In this document: piece by piece, positions 31,232 to 41,565 of the stretch
Position numbering within the stretch: the stretch's first letter is position 1
Layout of the letters: each line of letters opens with the position of its first letter
Notes under the pieces: generated by a model
Database searches by the model: none
What the model saw: the letters and a program-made list of their open reading frames with translations, nothing else
Told to the model about the DNA's origin: nothing
Program-made: the position numbers and the translations under genes
Assembly (NCBI GenBank): GCA_963740315.1
Contig: CAVUDP010000004.1
Coordinates: 320,001-384,000, forward strand
Length of the DNA: 64,000 bases
Reading direction: 5' to 3'
From: an uncultured cyanobacterium
Lineage (GTDB): Bacteria > Cyanobacteriota > Cyanobacteriia > Cyanobacteriales > Nostocaceae

Positions 31232-31531
31232 AATTCAGTTTATTTATTATCAAATATGAATAACTTCTTCAGTCCATTTTAATGGACTTATGCTAATTGG
31301 TTCCTGGGAATTGCATACGACGGTAGGTATGAGCGAAGTTTCAAAATTTTTCATCACCACGAAATGTTGGCTTTCGTTCTTCAACCCAACCTACCATCGT
31401 TAATTAATTCATCGTTAATTCACAACTTCATGGTGCGTGACGCTACAAAATTTTTTGTTTAACTCGATCGTTATAATTTGCGTCACACACCCTACAATAT
31501 TGTTAATTCCTAACTCCTAACTCCTAACTCC

Positions 31532-33778
31532 TCACTCCTCACTCTCCACTCCCACGCAAGCATTCACCAAAGGCAATAACGAACCAAGCTGCTCTTGTCC
31601 GTTTACTGCTAACTCGCTGTGACACAAGTAAATTTTGTCGGATACGCGAGCTAATAAATCCGCAATAATTCTTTCTAATCGCTCGTCTTCGGCTAAGGTT
31701 TCATCTTCTGCACTCCAAGGTTGAGCAAATCTATCTTGCAGAAAAAACATCGAACCATATAAGGTTGCTGCACCTCCTTTTGTCCACAATGGCGAACCTG
31801 CATCTAACCAAAAATGCCAGCGATGGGAATGGCGCAAGGAACGATATTGAAAGATTGTCGCTAATGTTACCGCGTTTGCTAACGGTCCGATGGGGCGTAT
31901 GGGATAAGGGCTGGCGGTGACGGTTCCCTGGCGCAGTAAGGCGATGAATTCAGCGATGGTTTTTGTTTTATCTTGTTTTTCTAATCCTTCCCTTTCCTGC
32001 TCATCTACTAAAGACTTATTACTAAAAGCATACTGATTTAATCTAGTATCAATTTCCCAGTAATGTTGGGCGGTTTCTAGTAATTGCCGCAGTGTGGCGA
32101 GTTGTTCGTAGTTGGAATAGCCCACGTCAGACATGAAATATTCAATGGCACTATATAAAAAGGAAACAGGAGTGGGAATTAAACGTTTTTCGTAATTCGA
32201 TCGCTCTTGCTCTAACCACTTTAATATGTTTCCATAGGCGGTTGTGGCAGCGTAACCCAATCTATCCCACCTTTCAAATGTATCGACAGTTAGTAAGTTG
32301 GGATTTTCTGGATGCGGTTGAAAACAATAATCTGCGATTAACCCAGCGCGTACCGGATCGATATAATCATTATTATCGGGTTTTCGACTCAGTACTACCA
32401 ACATCTCCGCGATCGCATCTCGATCTACCAAACGCCCCAAACCCGGATACACTAAGGTTAGTAAAGTTAGTAAAGCGCGGATAAGCGGCGAACTTATCAA
32501 AGGACGTTTATCTTGCAGCGAATCAACCCGAATTCCCGCTTTAGCAAACATTCCGATCAAAGAATAACGAGCGATCGCATCTAAACCGGGGGCAATTATC
32601 GCTATTTCTTTTGGCTCTACTATCCCGGATTTCACTGTTTCGATTATTGTCTGTGCGGTTTCTTGCAATAATGAAGCGCGGGAAGTGGTTTGAATTGATT
32701 TTACGGTAGAAGGTAAACTCATTTGCGTCATTGGTTCGCTTACTAACTGCACCATTGAGTTCGAGAGCATATCGGATAAGGATAAAATGGGCGATTGAGT
32801 CAAAGTCTCGATCTGACAATTTTCTGCTAACCCGGACATATAATTTGGATCTGCTCCCAATCCCAAACGCACTATACCATCGGGGTTATAGCTAAACGCT
32901 CCCACACCACCATCGAGAATTAACTCAAATAATTGACGCATCAGTGCGGGATAATCCTGTACATCATCCGCTAAAACTGCTTGATAGCGTTTTTTTAATC
33001 GCGAAAGATAAATTTCGTCCGATAACAAATGTTGTCCGTAAAGTTCGGTAATTATTCCGTAGGTTAAAAAGCCCTTATCTAAACACCAGTTACGCCAATC
33101 TAATAATAAAGAGCCGATCGTATCTGGCTCTAAATTAGTAAAATTATCTTGTTGCGATATGACTTTGGTCAAAATATAGGGAATATCTTCGCATGGTGTT
33201 CCACTTAAAGCTGCTAATTGCAGTAAATCAAGGATACGGCGTACTAAACGAGACTCATTCATCCCGACACTACGCAAAATTTCTTCATTCAGTCGCGATC
33301 GCCACAGCTTAGTTGCTAATTCTTGTTCGGTTTCAGGACGCAATCTCACCGGAAATTGTGCTTTGATTTTCAAAGATTCTATCAGCAGGGGCCAAAATAA
33401 AATCACCTCATCTTGAAAAAAACCTAAAGGTGTTTTAGCTATCAGCGGATATTTTCCCCAAGTAGCAGTAACTATTTTATCTGCTAATTCTCGGCGATTA
33501 TCCCCATTTGCAGCAAACACCAAAACTCCGAGTTCGTTATTTTGAGGATACAGGCTTTTTGGTATGCTAGGGCTATTTTTTTGCAGCGGGTTATTAGTAT
33601 AAAATGTCTCTTGATTCGGATCGTAATTGTTTACCCAAATACAAAATTGCTGTACCAAACGTTGAGTCTTACCACTACGGCTAGGACCTACAATCCAAAG
33701 AGAATTATTTAGCACAATCTGTCTCCAGATGATTTTGTTAAGATATCTAACAGCGTTAACGCCTCTTTTAAGAACCAC
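31532..33778 (-). CDS. Conserved cyanobacterial degenerate P-loop helicase-like protein (start probably ~33715)
   Basis: GPSRSGKT Walker A, LADDVQD Walker B-like, EIAIIAP; divergent from pxcA. Confidence 0.7.
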   Translation of the reverse strand: MVLKRGVNAVRYLNKIIWRQIVLNNSLWIVGPSRSGKTQRLVQQFCIWVNNYDPNQETFYTNNPLQKNSPSIPKSLYPQNNELGVLVFAANGDNRRELADKIVTATWGKYPLIAKTPLGFFQDEVILFWPLLIESLKIKAQFPVRLRPETEQELATKLWRSRLNEEILRSVGMNESRLVRRILDLLQLAALSGTPCEDIPYILTKVISQQDNFTNLEPDTIGSLLLDWRNWCLDKGFLTYGIITELYGQHLLSDEIYLSRLKKRYQAVLADDVQDYPALMRQLFELILDGGVGAFSYNPDGIVRLGLGADPNYMSGLAENCQIETLTQSPILSLSDMLSNSMVQLVSEPMTQMSLPSTVKSIQTTSRASLLQETAQTIIETVKSGIVEPKEIAIIAPGLDAIARYSLIGMFAKAGIRVDSLQDKRPLISSPLIRALLTLLTLVYPGLGRLVDRDAIAEMLVVLSRKPDNNDYIDPVRAGLIADYCFQPHPENPNLLTVDTFERWDRLGYAATTAYGNILKWLEQERSNYEKRLIPTPVSFLYSAIEYFMSDVGYSNYEQLATLRQLLETAQHYWEIDTRLNQYAFSNKSLVDEQEREGLEKQDKTKTIAEFIALLRQGTVTASPYPIRPIGPLANAVTLATIFQYRSLRHSHRWHFWLDAGSPLWTKGGAATLYGSMFFLQDRFAQPWSAEDETLAEDERLERIIADLLARVSDKIYLCHSELAVNGQEQLGSLLPLVNACVGVESEE

Positions 33779-33802
33779 AAAAAAGCTAGATGACTATTTA
33801 AA

Positions 33803-35173
33803 ATGAACAACTTTGCTGTTACCCAAAAAATTTACTCATATTTAGTAAAAGTTTACCAGTGGTACTTACGAACCCCGGAACGCTCTTTGGATGAAGCTTA
33901 TCAAGCAGCATTACAAATTAAGGCAATAGAAGATGAACATTTCAATGGTAAAAAAATAGATATAAATTCTGTTGATTATAGCAGCAGTGTAATAGATTAT
34001 TTTGAAACTGACCTGAGAAAACTTTTAAGAATCATTCGGATGAGGTTGACAGAGTTTAAAGCTACTCGCTATTTCCTCAACGAATCAAACATAAAAGAAG
34101 CCAACAAATTTGAGGTTGAATATCTTAATTCCGAATTGATTTTAGAAAAATTAAGATATATTGATGAAATAACTGCAAAATATACCATCCCAATTGTAGA
34201 AGAAAATTTACCTGAATCGGCGGTTGAATTTCCGACTCAAACTACTAATCCAAATAACAATGAATATTCCCAGATTATACCAAGAATTGAATCGCAAGTA
34301 GTTCAAGCAAAAACGGCAGATGCAGCAAAAAACAAATCGCCTAACCAGCCAAAAGGCAAGGTAAACAGCACGGGAGTATTACCTCGTTCAATTTTCAATA
34401 CATTCAATCGTTTGCAAGTTGAATTAGATCCCAACGCCGAGCAAGATATTGTGGATAAATTCCGCAAGTCTCAAAGAAGAACTATTATATCGGTGCGATT
34501 TTTATTATTGTTAATTATAGTACCTATTTTAAGCCATCAACTATCAAAAGCTCTTTTAGTTAGTCCAATTGTCGAACATTTTAGAGGTAACGATGAGACT
34601 AATTTGTTTGTTAATTATGAAATGGAAGAGGAAGCGCTATCAGAGCTAGAAAGATTTGAAGAAAAGATTAAGTTTCAAGCTTTAATTAATAATAATGCAC
34701 CTACGCTTTCTTCACGAGAAATGGAAGAAAGAATAGAAGAAGAAGTAAAAGTAAAAGCATTTGAAATTGCCGAAGAATATCGGATTATGAGCGGAAATGC
34801 AATTAAAAACGTTTTTGCTGACATAATTTCCGTGTTTGTATTTATCTGGTTTTTGGTATTTAGTAAAAAAGAAATCGCCGTTCTCAAAGAATTTTTTGAT
34901 TATGTTGTGTATGGTTTAAGCGACAGTGCCAAAGCATTTATTATTATTCTATTTACTGATATATTTGTAGGATTTCACTCACCTCACGGTTGGGAAGTGA
35001 TTCTTGAAGGTGTATCCCATCATTGGGGTTTACCAGCAAATCACGACTTTATATTCTTATTTATTGCCACTTTCCCCGTAATTTTAGATACTATTTTCAA
35101 ATACTGGATTTTCCGCTATCTCAATCGTATTTCTCCTTCTGCTGTAGCAACTTATCGTAATATGAATGAGTAA
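33803..35173 (+). CDS. pxcA: Proton extrusion protein PxcA (CemA family)
   Basis: TPERSLDEAY; LSDSAKAFIIILFTDIFVGFHSPHGWE; FPVILDTIFKYWIF. Confidence 0.94.
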   Translation: MNNFAVTQKIYSYLVKVYQWYLRTPERSLDEAYQAALQIKAIEDEHFNGKKIDINSVDYSSSVIDYFETDLRKLLRIIRMRLTEFKATRYFLNESNIKEANKFEVEYLNSELILEKLRYIDEITAKYTIPIVEENLPESAVEFPTQTTNPNNNEYSQIIPRIESQVVQAKTADAAKNKSPNQPKGKVNSTGVLPRSIFNTFNRLQVELDPNAEQDIVDKFRKSQRRTIISVRFLLLLIIVPILSHQLSKALLVSPIVEHFRGNDETNLFVNYEMEEEALSELERFEEKIKFQALINNNAPTLSSREMEERIEEEVKVKAFEIAEEYRIMSGNAIKNVFADIISVFVFIWFLVFSKKEIAVLKEFFDYVVYGLSDSAKAFIIILFTDIFVGFHSPHGWEVILEGVSHHWGLPANHDFIFLFIATFPVILDTIFKYWIFRYLNRISPSAVATYRNMNE

Positions 35174-35331
35174 GATGGGCATGGGGCTACCTCCCACCTC
35201 CGGTGAATGGTAATTGGGAATTGGTAATTGGAAACCTTTAACCAAAAACATGCAGACCTAAAATAACCTTTGACCTTTAACCTTTAACCTGCTTTAATAC
35301 TTGGAATTTGTAATTTTCTATATTTTGACGA

Positions 35332-36594
35332 TTGCGAATGAAAAAGTCACTTGCCATAATTCCTGTCGCTTTACCCGTAGCCGCTTTATTAATAACCGTT
35401 ACCCCTCTCGGACGTTTATTACTTAGTCCTTTAGAGTGTCAATTAAAACGGTGGCAATTATCAGTGTCGATTCCAACTCAAAAGCCAGCAACACCACTAA
35501 TTCCAATTAAAAAAGCGCCTTTTCCTTGTTGTGAAGGCGATACTTCTTGTTTTGACGAGCAAATATGGGCAGAAAATAGCCAGCAAGCAGATAGAAAAAT
35601 TCTTTTAAGTTCTATAGATAATAGTTTGGGATATTTACAAACTAAAGGGGCTGAAAATACTTATAAAAGATATTCGGTACCTGGAATCGATAGAGAAAGA
35701 GTAATCAAGAGTTTACAAAGGTTTCGTCAATTGCTGATGTCATCTAAATCCGCAGCAGAATTAAATCAAGCTGTTGCCGAAGAGTTTGTTTTTTATCAAT
35801 CGGTAGGCAACGACAATAAAGGAAAAGTCTTATTTACCGCTTATTTCGAGCCGCTTTATATTGCCAGTCGCGAACAAACAGCAGAATACCGCTATCCTAT
35901 CTACTCTATACCCCCCGATTTAAAAGATTGGGAAAGACCACATCCTACACGTTTGGATCTCGAAGGTGCTGATGGTTTGCAAGGTGAAAAAGGAAAATTG
36001 AAAGGCTTAGAGTTATTTTGGTTTAAATCCCGTCTCGAACCGTATATGATGCAAATTCAAGGTTCAGCTAAATTGCGACTGCTCGATGGTACTCAAACAA
36101 GCGTCGGTTTTGCTGGAAATGTCGCTCATAATTACAAAAGCATTGGAAAAGCCTTAATCGATGACGGTGAATTACCATCAAGCGGTGTCACAATGCCGAC
36201 TATTTTAGAATACTTTGAAAAAGACCCCAAAAAATTAGACGTTTATATTCCTCGCGATCCTAGTTTTGTCTTTTTCCAGGAGAATAAAGGTGCCCCAGCA
36301 CAAGGTTCCATCCAAGTAGGGTTAAGCCCCGATCGTTCAATTGCTACAGATAAATCCTTAATGCCTCCCGGCGCATTAGCCTTGATACGCGGTCACTTTC
36401 CCTTTGCCACAGACAGCGGTGACATGAAACATCGTACCGTCAGCCGTTACGTTTTAGACCAAGATGCAGGTGGTGCCATCAAAGGCGCGGGTAGAGTCGA
36501 TTACTTCCTGGGAACTGGAAAAATTGCTGGCGATCGCGCTGGGGTAACGGTAAGTAACGGACAACTTTATTATTTGTTACTTAAAGATAGATAA
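35332..36594 (+). CDS. mltA: Murein transglycosylase A
   Basis: FTAYFEP, QIQGS, RSIATD, DQDAGGAIKGAGRVDYFLG (3D domain). Confidence 0.9.
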   Translation: MRMKKSLAIIPVALPVAALLITVTPLGRLLLSPLECQLKRWQLSVSIPTQKPATPLIPIKKAPFPCCEGDTSCFDEQIWAENSQQADRKILLSSIDNSLGYLQTKGAENTYKRYSVPGIDRERVIKSLQRFRQLLMSSKSAAELNQAVAEEFVFYQSVGNDNKGKVLFTAYFEPLYIASREQTAEYRYPIYSIPPDLKDWERPHPTRLDLEGADGLQGEKGKLKGLELFWFKSRLEPYMMQIQGSAKLRLLDGTQTSVGFAGNVAHNYKSIGKALIDDGELPSSGVTMPTILEYFEKDPKKLDVYIPRDPSFVFFQENKGAPAQGSIQVGLSPDRSIATDKSLMPPGALALIRGHFPFATDSGDMKHRTVSRYVLDQDAGGAIKGAGRVDYFLGTGKIAGDRAGVTVSNGQLYYLLLKDR

Positions 36595-36988
36595 ATATAA
36601 ATCATCATAAATCATCTACTTTTAGATAGATATTTTAAATTATTTTAGAAATGAAATTAATTTGATTGAATTAAGCTTAACATTACTGATGCGATCGCCC
36701 CCTTTTTAATGGAGTTGAGGGAATTATTTCAACATAAATTGTGATAAAAAAAAATGGAACCACTCCATATATTTGTCGTCACATAAAAAAGCATTGTTTA
36801 ATCAATTCATAATTTAAAATTTTTGTCAATAACTTCATATCAATAATTTTATTGCTAAATAATTTGTAGAAAATCAGAAAAACAAGATAAGTAATTTGTA
36901 TATACAACTATTCATATTGCACTAATGAGATTTGAAGTTCATATTCTCATTAACTGCGATATATAACCTTTTATCGGGGAGATTAAAA

Positions 36989-37435
36989 GTGATTAGGATT
37001 TTAGTTGATGCAGACCTAATTTTGGAGGCTTTGATGAATCGTAATACCGTAACAGATGTTAGGGATTTATTAGATAAAGTCAATCCTTGGATTCAGATGT
37101 ATATCACAGATGTTGGATGGGAGAAAATATATACTTATCTCAATCATTTACAAAATACGAAAATTGCGGAAATGGTAATCAATTGGTTGCAGCAAAAAAT
37201 CAAGATTTGCTCCGTAAATCAAAGTATTTTGCAGCAAGCGCGTTTCTCACCCATTAAAGATTTTGAATCTGCTGTTGAAATTATTTGCGCTAGCTATCAA
37301 CAACTAGATGCAATTGTGACTCATAAACATGATGATTTTGCCGAAGTATCAGATAAATTTTTGGTTTGGTCTATGGCAGAATTATGGATACGCGCTAATT
37401 TAGAAAGTCAGTTGCAAATAGAACAGCTTATTTAG
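36989..37435 (+). CDS. PIN-domain protein
   Basis: ILVDADLILE...DFESAVE..A...DAIVT; GTG start after GGGGAG. Confidence 0.75.
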   Translation: MIRILVDADLILEALMNRNTVTDVRDLLDKVNPWIQMYITDVGWEKIYTYLNHLQNTKIAEMVINWLQQKIKICSVNQSILQQARFSPIKDFESAVEIICASYQQLDAIVTHKHDDFAEVSDKFLVWSMAELWIRANLESQLQIEQLI

Positions 37436-37436
37436 T

Positions 37437-37676
37437 TTATTGTTCCCTATTATTGGAAGAATTAGACGATTTCTGCAAGCGTTCTAAACGAATAGAATTG
37501 AATTGAATTTGCTTTTGCAATAATGTTAAATTACCCTCCATGATTTTCTTTTGAGTTTCAAATATTTCTGTTTCTTTGCGTAAACCAGACATTCTCAAAA
37601 TACAATCTTCCGTTCGTCCCGGTTGAAAAATAATTCCGAGATAAACCGTCATATTGGAAGTATCTAAAGTATTCAC
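37437..37676 (-). CDS. Hypothetical coiled-coil protein
   Basis: 79-aa ORF, co-oriented with the secreted-protein cluster. Confidence 0.4.
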   Translation of the reverse strand: MNTLDTSNMTVYLGIIFQPGRTEDCILRMSGLRKETEIFETQKKIMEGNLTLLQKQIQFNSIRLERLQKSSNSSNNREQ

Positions 37677-37742
37677 ACCAGTAGATAGATTAAAGCCGAA
37701 GTCGTTTTCCGTTTTTATATAAGCATTCGGAACCTTAAATAG

Positions 37743-38228
37743 CTAGCGCACCGAGATACTTAATTGGTAATTTAAAATACCATTACCGCTAGTTTGCTGA
37801 GTAACATTGCTATTTGGAGCATTCAATTCAACTTTTATTGAAGATGTCGCAGGAGCGTAATTTGCAGATATTTCGACTTTATGCTCCCCACCTGATAAAT
37901 AAGGCGACAAATCAATCTCAGTGGTTTTATCGTTCAAATTTTTAACTACTTTTCCATTTACAATTATTTTGCCATTTAGCTGGGTTGCTGAAGTTTCAAT
38001 CTTCAGTATATGTGGTTGTGATAGATTCGCAGCACTCAAACTAACTCTGCCACGTTGATATCCCGAAGAATTGCTGGTAAATGTGGTGGAACTACTTGTA
38101 TTATCCTGCATATTATTGATGTCCGATTGTGTAAGAATAGTTTGATTATTATTAACAAAATTATTTGCAAAAGCTGCTGAAATTGTAAACAGTACGGCAC
38201 CGCATACAAGAAAAATTATTCTTTTCAT
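37743..38228 (-). CDS. Secreted beta-rich protein
   Basis: Signal peptide ending AFA; N/S/T-rich linker; alternating beta-strand pattern. Confidence 0.8.
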   Translation of the reverse strand: MKRIIFLVCGAVLFTISAAFANNFVNNNQTILTQSDINNMQDNTSSSTTFTSNSSGYQRGRVSLSAANLSQPHILKIETSATQLNGKIIVNGKVVKNLNDKTTEIDLSPYLSGGEHKVEISANYAPATSSIKVELNAPNSNVTQQTSGNGILNYQLSISVR

Positions 38229-38369
38229 AATCTTTTTTTAATCACTAATCGTAAAACTTCATGGATTTATCCCGGAGATGAAAGCGATTTGACAGGTTTT
38301 AACATCGTATTCTAAAAATAGAAAAGTCCCCTATAAAGGAGACAATTATTAATCCTTAGCAAAAAAATA

Positions 38370-38768
38370 TTACCGTCTAAAAGAAGGAAGGTTAGGTTTT
38401 TTAGGCTTTCTTACGTGTACCGGAATATCGATTTTAATACCAATATTATTAGTATTTACCCCAGTGCGACGATTTGGATCGCCATCAACTCGCTGCCTGC
38501 TGGTGCGTTTTTGTTCGCACTTAGAAGAATTGCAAACTTGGGTTGATGTACTAACAGCAGTAGCACCAACGCTACCTTTACAGTTATTGCCAAATTCTTG
38601 ACTTACATTGTTTCTTTGTCTTCCTCTTGGTGAATCATCGATTGACACTTGAACGTTTACATCAATCGCGTTACATCCCGCTAATGCTTTATTGCTCAAA
38701 GAAGGAACAAAAAAAGAAGAAACAGTAGTTATTGAAAATAAGCTTATGGAAAGTAATTTCAGCTTCAT
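38370..38768 (-). CDS. Secreted small protein, 4 Cys
   Basis: Signal peptide ending ALA; N/Q/V beta-pattern; basic C-terminus. Confidence 0.8.
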   Translation of the reverse strand: MKLKLLSISLFSITTVSSFFVPSLSNKALAGCNAIDVNVQVSIDDSPRGRQRNNVSQEFGNNCKGSVGATAVSTSTQVCNSSKCEQKRTSRQRVDGDPNRRTGVNTNNIGIKIDIPVHVRKPKKPNLPSFRR

Positions 38769-38782
38769 AATTGCATCCTTAA

Positions 38783-39112
38783 TTATTGACAGGTTGTTGT
38801 TCTGGTACGAACATAAGAACGATTTCTGCCAGAACCACTTTTATGAGTACTGCGGGAGGTTGTGCAATTACCTCTATTCCTTATAGTTTGCCGATAAACG
38901 CTTGCGGATGGAACGCTTGCTCCATTACGGCGGAGGCGACGACGGTAGGATCGGATTCTGCGACTATTTTTGATGTTAATGTCGCCATTGCGATCGATTG
39001 TTACCCTGGAATTGCCGTTTTGTACTTGAATTTCTCGCGCACTAGCAATTCCGGCTGGTAATGCCATCAATAAAGATAATGCAAGAATTGAAATCGTTTG
39101 TTTGGTGGACAT
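38783..39112 (-). CDS. Secreted Arg-rich small protein, 2 Cys
   Basis: ATG 39112 after a GAGG SD; signal peptide ending ASA; RRIRSYRRRLRR; ends TTTCQ. Confidence 0.8.
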   Translation of the reverse strand: MSTKQTISILALSLLMALPAGIASAREIQVQNGNSRVTIDRNGDINIKNSRRIRSYRRRLRRNGASVPSASVYRQTIRNRGNCTTSRSTHKSGSGRNRSYVRTRTTTCQ

Positions 39113-39232
39113 GAGAACCTCTCGTAGTAGAAACTGATTTTTATAGTGATGAACCCCACCGCAAGCGGTGAATAAGAAAATCAGCAAAACCAGAATTAAG
39201 TAATACCCGTCCTCACGCAGACACTTTGATGT

Positions 39233-39574
39233 TTAGTAACAGTACCTAGAACCCATTAGGAGTTGACGCTGGATGTTTACCTGGCTGGCATTTTGGTCAA
39301 CAACACCGCTATCAACAGCAACAGCATTTTGATCGATCCGTTGATTTGAATGCTGTGACTGGGAATCTGTACCACATCTGCGGTTGCGAGGACCCATTCT
39401 TTCTTGACGCTGGATGCTTACCTGTCTACCATTTTGAATAATTCGACTACCAGAACCAATTACAGTAGCTTCTTGGTTTATCTCTTGAGTCGCGCCTTGT
39501 CCTGCAAATGCTGCGTTTGGTGCAACAATCAAGGTAGCAGCTAATAAACCGAAGGTAAAAATTTTCTCGATCAT
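39233..39574 (-). CDS. Secreted Q/N two-repeat protein (divergent paralog)
   Basis: MIEKIFTFGLLAATLIVAPNAAFA signal; two Q-ladder repeats; central and C-terminal Cys. Confidence 0.85.
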   Translation of the reverse strand: MIEKIFTFGLLAATLIVAPNAAFAGQGATQEINQEATVIGSGSRIIQNGRQVSIQRQERMGPRNRRCGTDSQSQHSNQRIDQNAVAVDSGVVDQNASQVNIQRQLLMGSRYCY

Positions 39575-39690
39575 CTTTATAGACCTAATTAGTGTTGCGT
39601 GTTGTGTGTTGTAATTTTTAGAAAGTAAATTTTTCAATGTAGAGACGCGAAACCCTTGCGTCTCTACAAGCCAATTTGTAGAAAAACGAA

Positions 39691-40062
39691 TTAGCGGGAG
39701 CAACCAGTACTACTTACTACCATTTGCTTTTGTTCGCTAACGCTACTATTTGCTTGAACATTGTCAGAGTAGTCTATACCAATACCATTTTGAGTAGATG
39801 CTTGAGTAGAGGTTTGTGACTGAGTACTGTAGCTACCGGGACAGTAGCCCAAACGCTTGTAAGCACGACGTTGACGCAATCGAACTTGGTTTTGGATATT
39901 TAAACTGTCTGAGCTTTGAGCGTTTACACTACCGCCGATCGCCGCACCTTCTTGGGTAGTAATTTGTACGGTTTCTTGTCTTTGAGAATCTGCAAAAGCC
40001 GTACTGGGAGCAATCATTATACCAGCAGCCAATAAGCCGAAAGCGGCATACTTGTTAAACAT
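39691..40062 (-). CDS. Secreted Q/N two-repeat protein (paralog)
   Basis: MFNKYAAFGLLAAGIMIAPSTAFA signal; QEGAAIGGSVNAQSSDSLNIQNQ; 2 Cys. Confidence 0.88.
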   Translation of the reverse strand: MFNKYAAFGLLAAGIMIAPSTAFADSQRQETVQITTQEGAAIGGSVNAQSSDSLNIQNQVRLRQRRAYKRLGYCPGSYSTQSQTSTQASTQNGIGIDYSDNVQANSSVSEQKQMVVSSTGCSR

Positions 40063-40155
40063 TTTGATTGACCTCAAATTGTATATTGTTTAAAACTGGT
40101 GAATTGGTGATGCCCATTTTTATTAAGTAGGCATCACCCTTGATTCAAACGGAAA

Positions 40156-40551
40156 TTAACGACAAGCGCGGCTATTATTCGCAACTTGCTTTTGATCGTT
40201 AACATTGCTGTTAGATTGAGCGTTAACTGAACCGTCTACAGCCGCACCGCTTTGAACTGTTCCCTGAGAAGAGTTTTGGGACTGTCCGTTATAGCTACCA
40301 CCGCAAAAGCTAGGGCGAGAAAAACGACCGTAACCACCACGACGACCACCAACGCGATCGCGACGGTTTTGAATTTGCTCTTGAATGTTGAGAGATTCAG
40401 CACTTTGAGCGTTGGTGCTACCGCCGATCGCAGTTCCTTCTTGGATGGTGTTCTGGTTGTTATTCTGAGATTGAGAATCAGCCAAAGCCGCACCAGGTGC
40501 AACCATTAAACCAGCAGCCAACAAACCAAAAGCGGCATACTTCTTAAACAT
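40156..40551 (-). CDS. Secreted Q/N two-repeat protein, tandem copy C
   Basis: 131 aa; GAGGA SD; signal ending ALA; 2 x 33-aa repeats; 2 Cys. Confidence 0.9.
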   Translation of the reverse strand: MFKKYAAFGLLAAGLMVAPGAALADSQSQNNNQNTIQEGTAIGGSTNAQSAESLNIQEQIQNRRDRVGGRRGGYGRFSRPSFCGGSYNGQSQNSSQGTVQSGAAVDGSVNAQSNSNVNDQKQVANNSRACR

Positions 40552-40655
40552 GATATTTTCCTCGTGTAATTGTGTTGTGTGTTGTTGAATTGAGGTGGCT
40601 TTGATGTATATATGCAAAGCCCCTGTTTTATTTGCTAACTGTTAACTGTTAAGTG

Positions 40656-41051
40656 TTACCGGCAAGCGCGGCTATTATTCGCAACTTGCTTTTGATCGTT
40701 AACGCTGCTACCAGATTGAGCATTGTCAGAATAATCTACAGCCGCACCGCTTTGAACTGTTCCCTGAGAAGAGTTTTGGGATTGTCCGTTATAGCTACCA
40801 CCGCAGTAGCTAGGGCGAGGAAAACGACCGTAACCACCACGACTGCGACCGATACTATCGCGACGGTTTTGAATTTGCTCTTGAATGTTGAGAGATTCAG
40901 AACTTTGAGCGTTGGTGCTACCGCCGATCGCAGTGCCTTCTTGGATAGTATGTTGATTGTTATTCTGAGATTGAGAATCAGCCAAAGCCGCACCAGGTGC
41001 AACCATTAAACCAGCAGCCAACAAACCAAAAGCGGCATACTTCTTAAACAT
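40656..41051 (-). CDS. Secreted Q/N two-repeat protein, tandem copy B
   Basis: Near-identical to copies A and C. Confidence 0.9.
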   Translation of the reverse strand: MFKKYAAFGLLAAGLMVAPGAALADSQSQNNNQHTIQEGTAIGGSTNAQSSESLNIQEQIQNRRDSIGRSRGGYGRFPRPSYCGGSYNGQSQNSSQGTVQSGAAVDYSDNAQSGSSVNDQKQVANNSRACR

Positions 41052-41169
41052 GATATTTTCCTCGTGTAATTGTGTTGTGTGTTGTTGAATTGAGGTGGCT
41101 TTGATGTATATATGCAAAGCCCCTGTTTTATTTGTTAACTGCTAACTGTTAACTGTTAACTGTTAACTG

Positions 41170-41565
41170 TTACCGGCAAGCGCGGCTATTATTTGCAACT
41201 TGCTTTTGGTCGTTAACATTGCTGTTAGATTGAGCATTGTCAGAATAATCTACAGCCGCACCGCTTTGAACTGTTCCCTGAGAAGAGTTTTGGGACTGTC
41301 CGTTATAGCTACCACCGCAAAAGCTAGGGCGAGGAAAACGACCGTAACCACCACGACTGCGACCGATACTATCGCGACGGTTTTTAATTTGCTCTTGAAT
41401 GTTGAGGGATTCAGAACTCTGAGCATTTACACTACCGCCGATCGCAGTTCCTTCTTGGATGGTATTTTGATTGTTATTCTGAGATTGAGAATCAGCCAAA
41501 GCCGCACCAGGTGCAACCATTAAACCAGCAGCCAACAAACCAAAAGCGGCATACTTCTTAAACAT
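41170..41565 (-). CDS. Secreted Q/N two-repeat protein, tandem copy A
   Basis: Near-identical to copies B and C; first gene of the cluster. Confidence 0.9.
   Translation of the reverse strand: MFKKYAAFGLLAAGLMVAPGAALADSQSQNNNQNTIQEGTAIGGSVNAQSSESLNIQEQIKNRRDSIGRSRGGYGRFPRPSFCGGSYNGQSQNSSQGTVQSGAAVDYSDNAQSNSNVNDQKQVANNSRACR

Noticed and set aside
40236..41523. Alternative-frame and antisense ORFs over the triplicated genes, and 22-aa N-terminal extensions (MHIYIKAT...)
   Set aside because: Shadows of the repeat unit; the SD and signal peptide point to the MFKKY starts
40156..41565. RiPP or microcyclamide-type precursor interpretation of the repeated small genes
   Set aside because: Classical Sec signal with an AxA site, no double-Gly leader, and no modifying enzymes or peptidase transporter nearby
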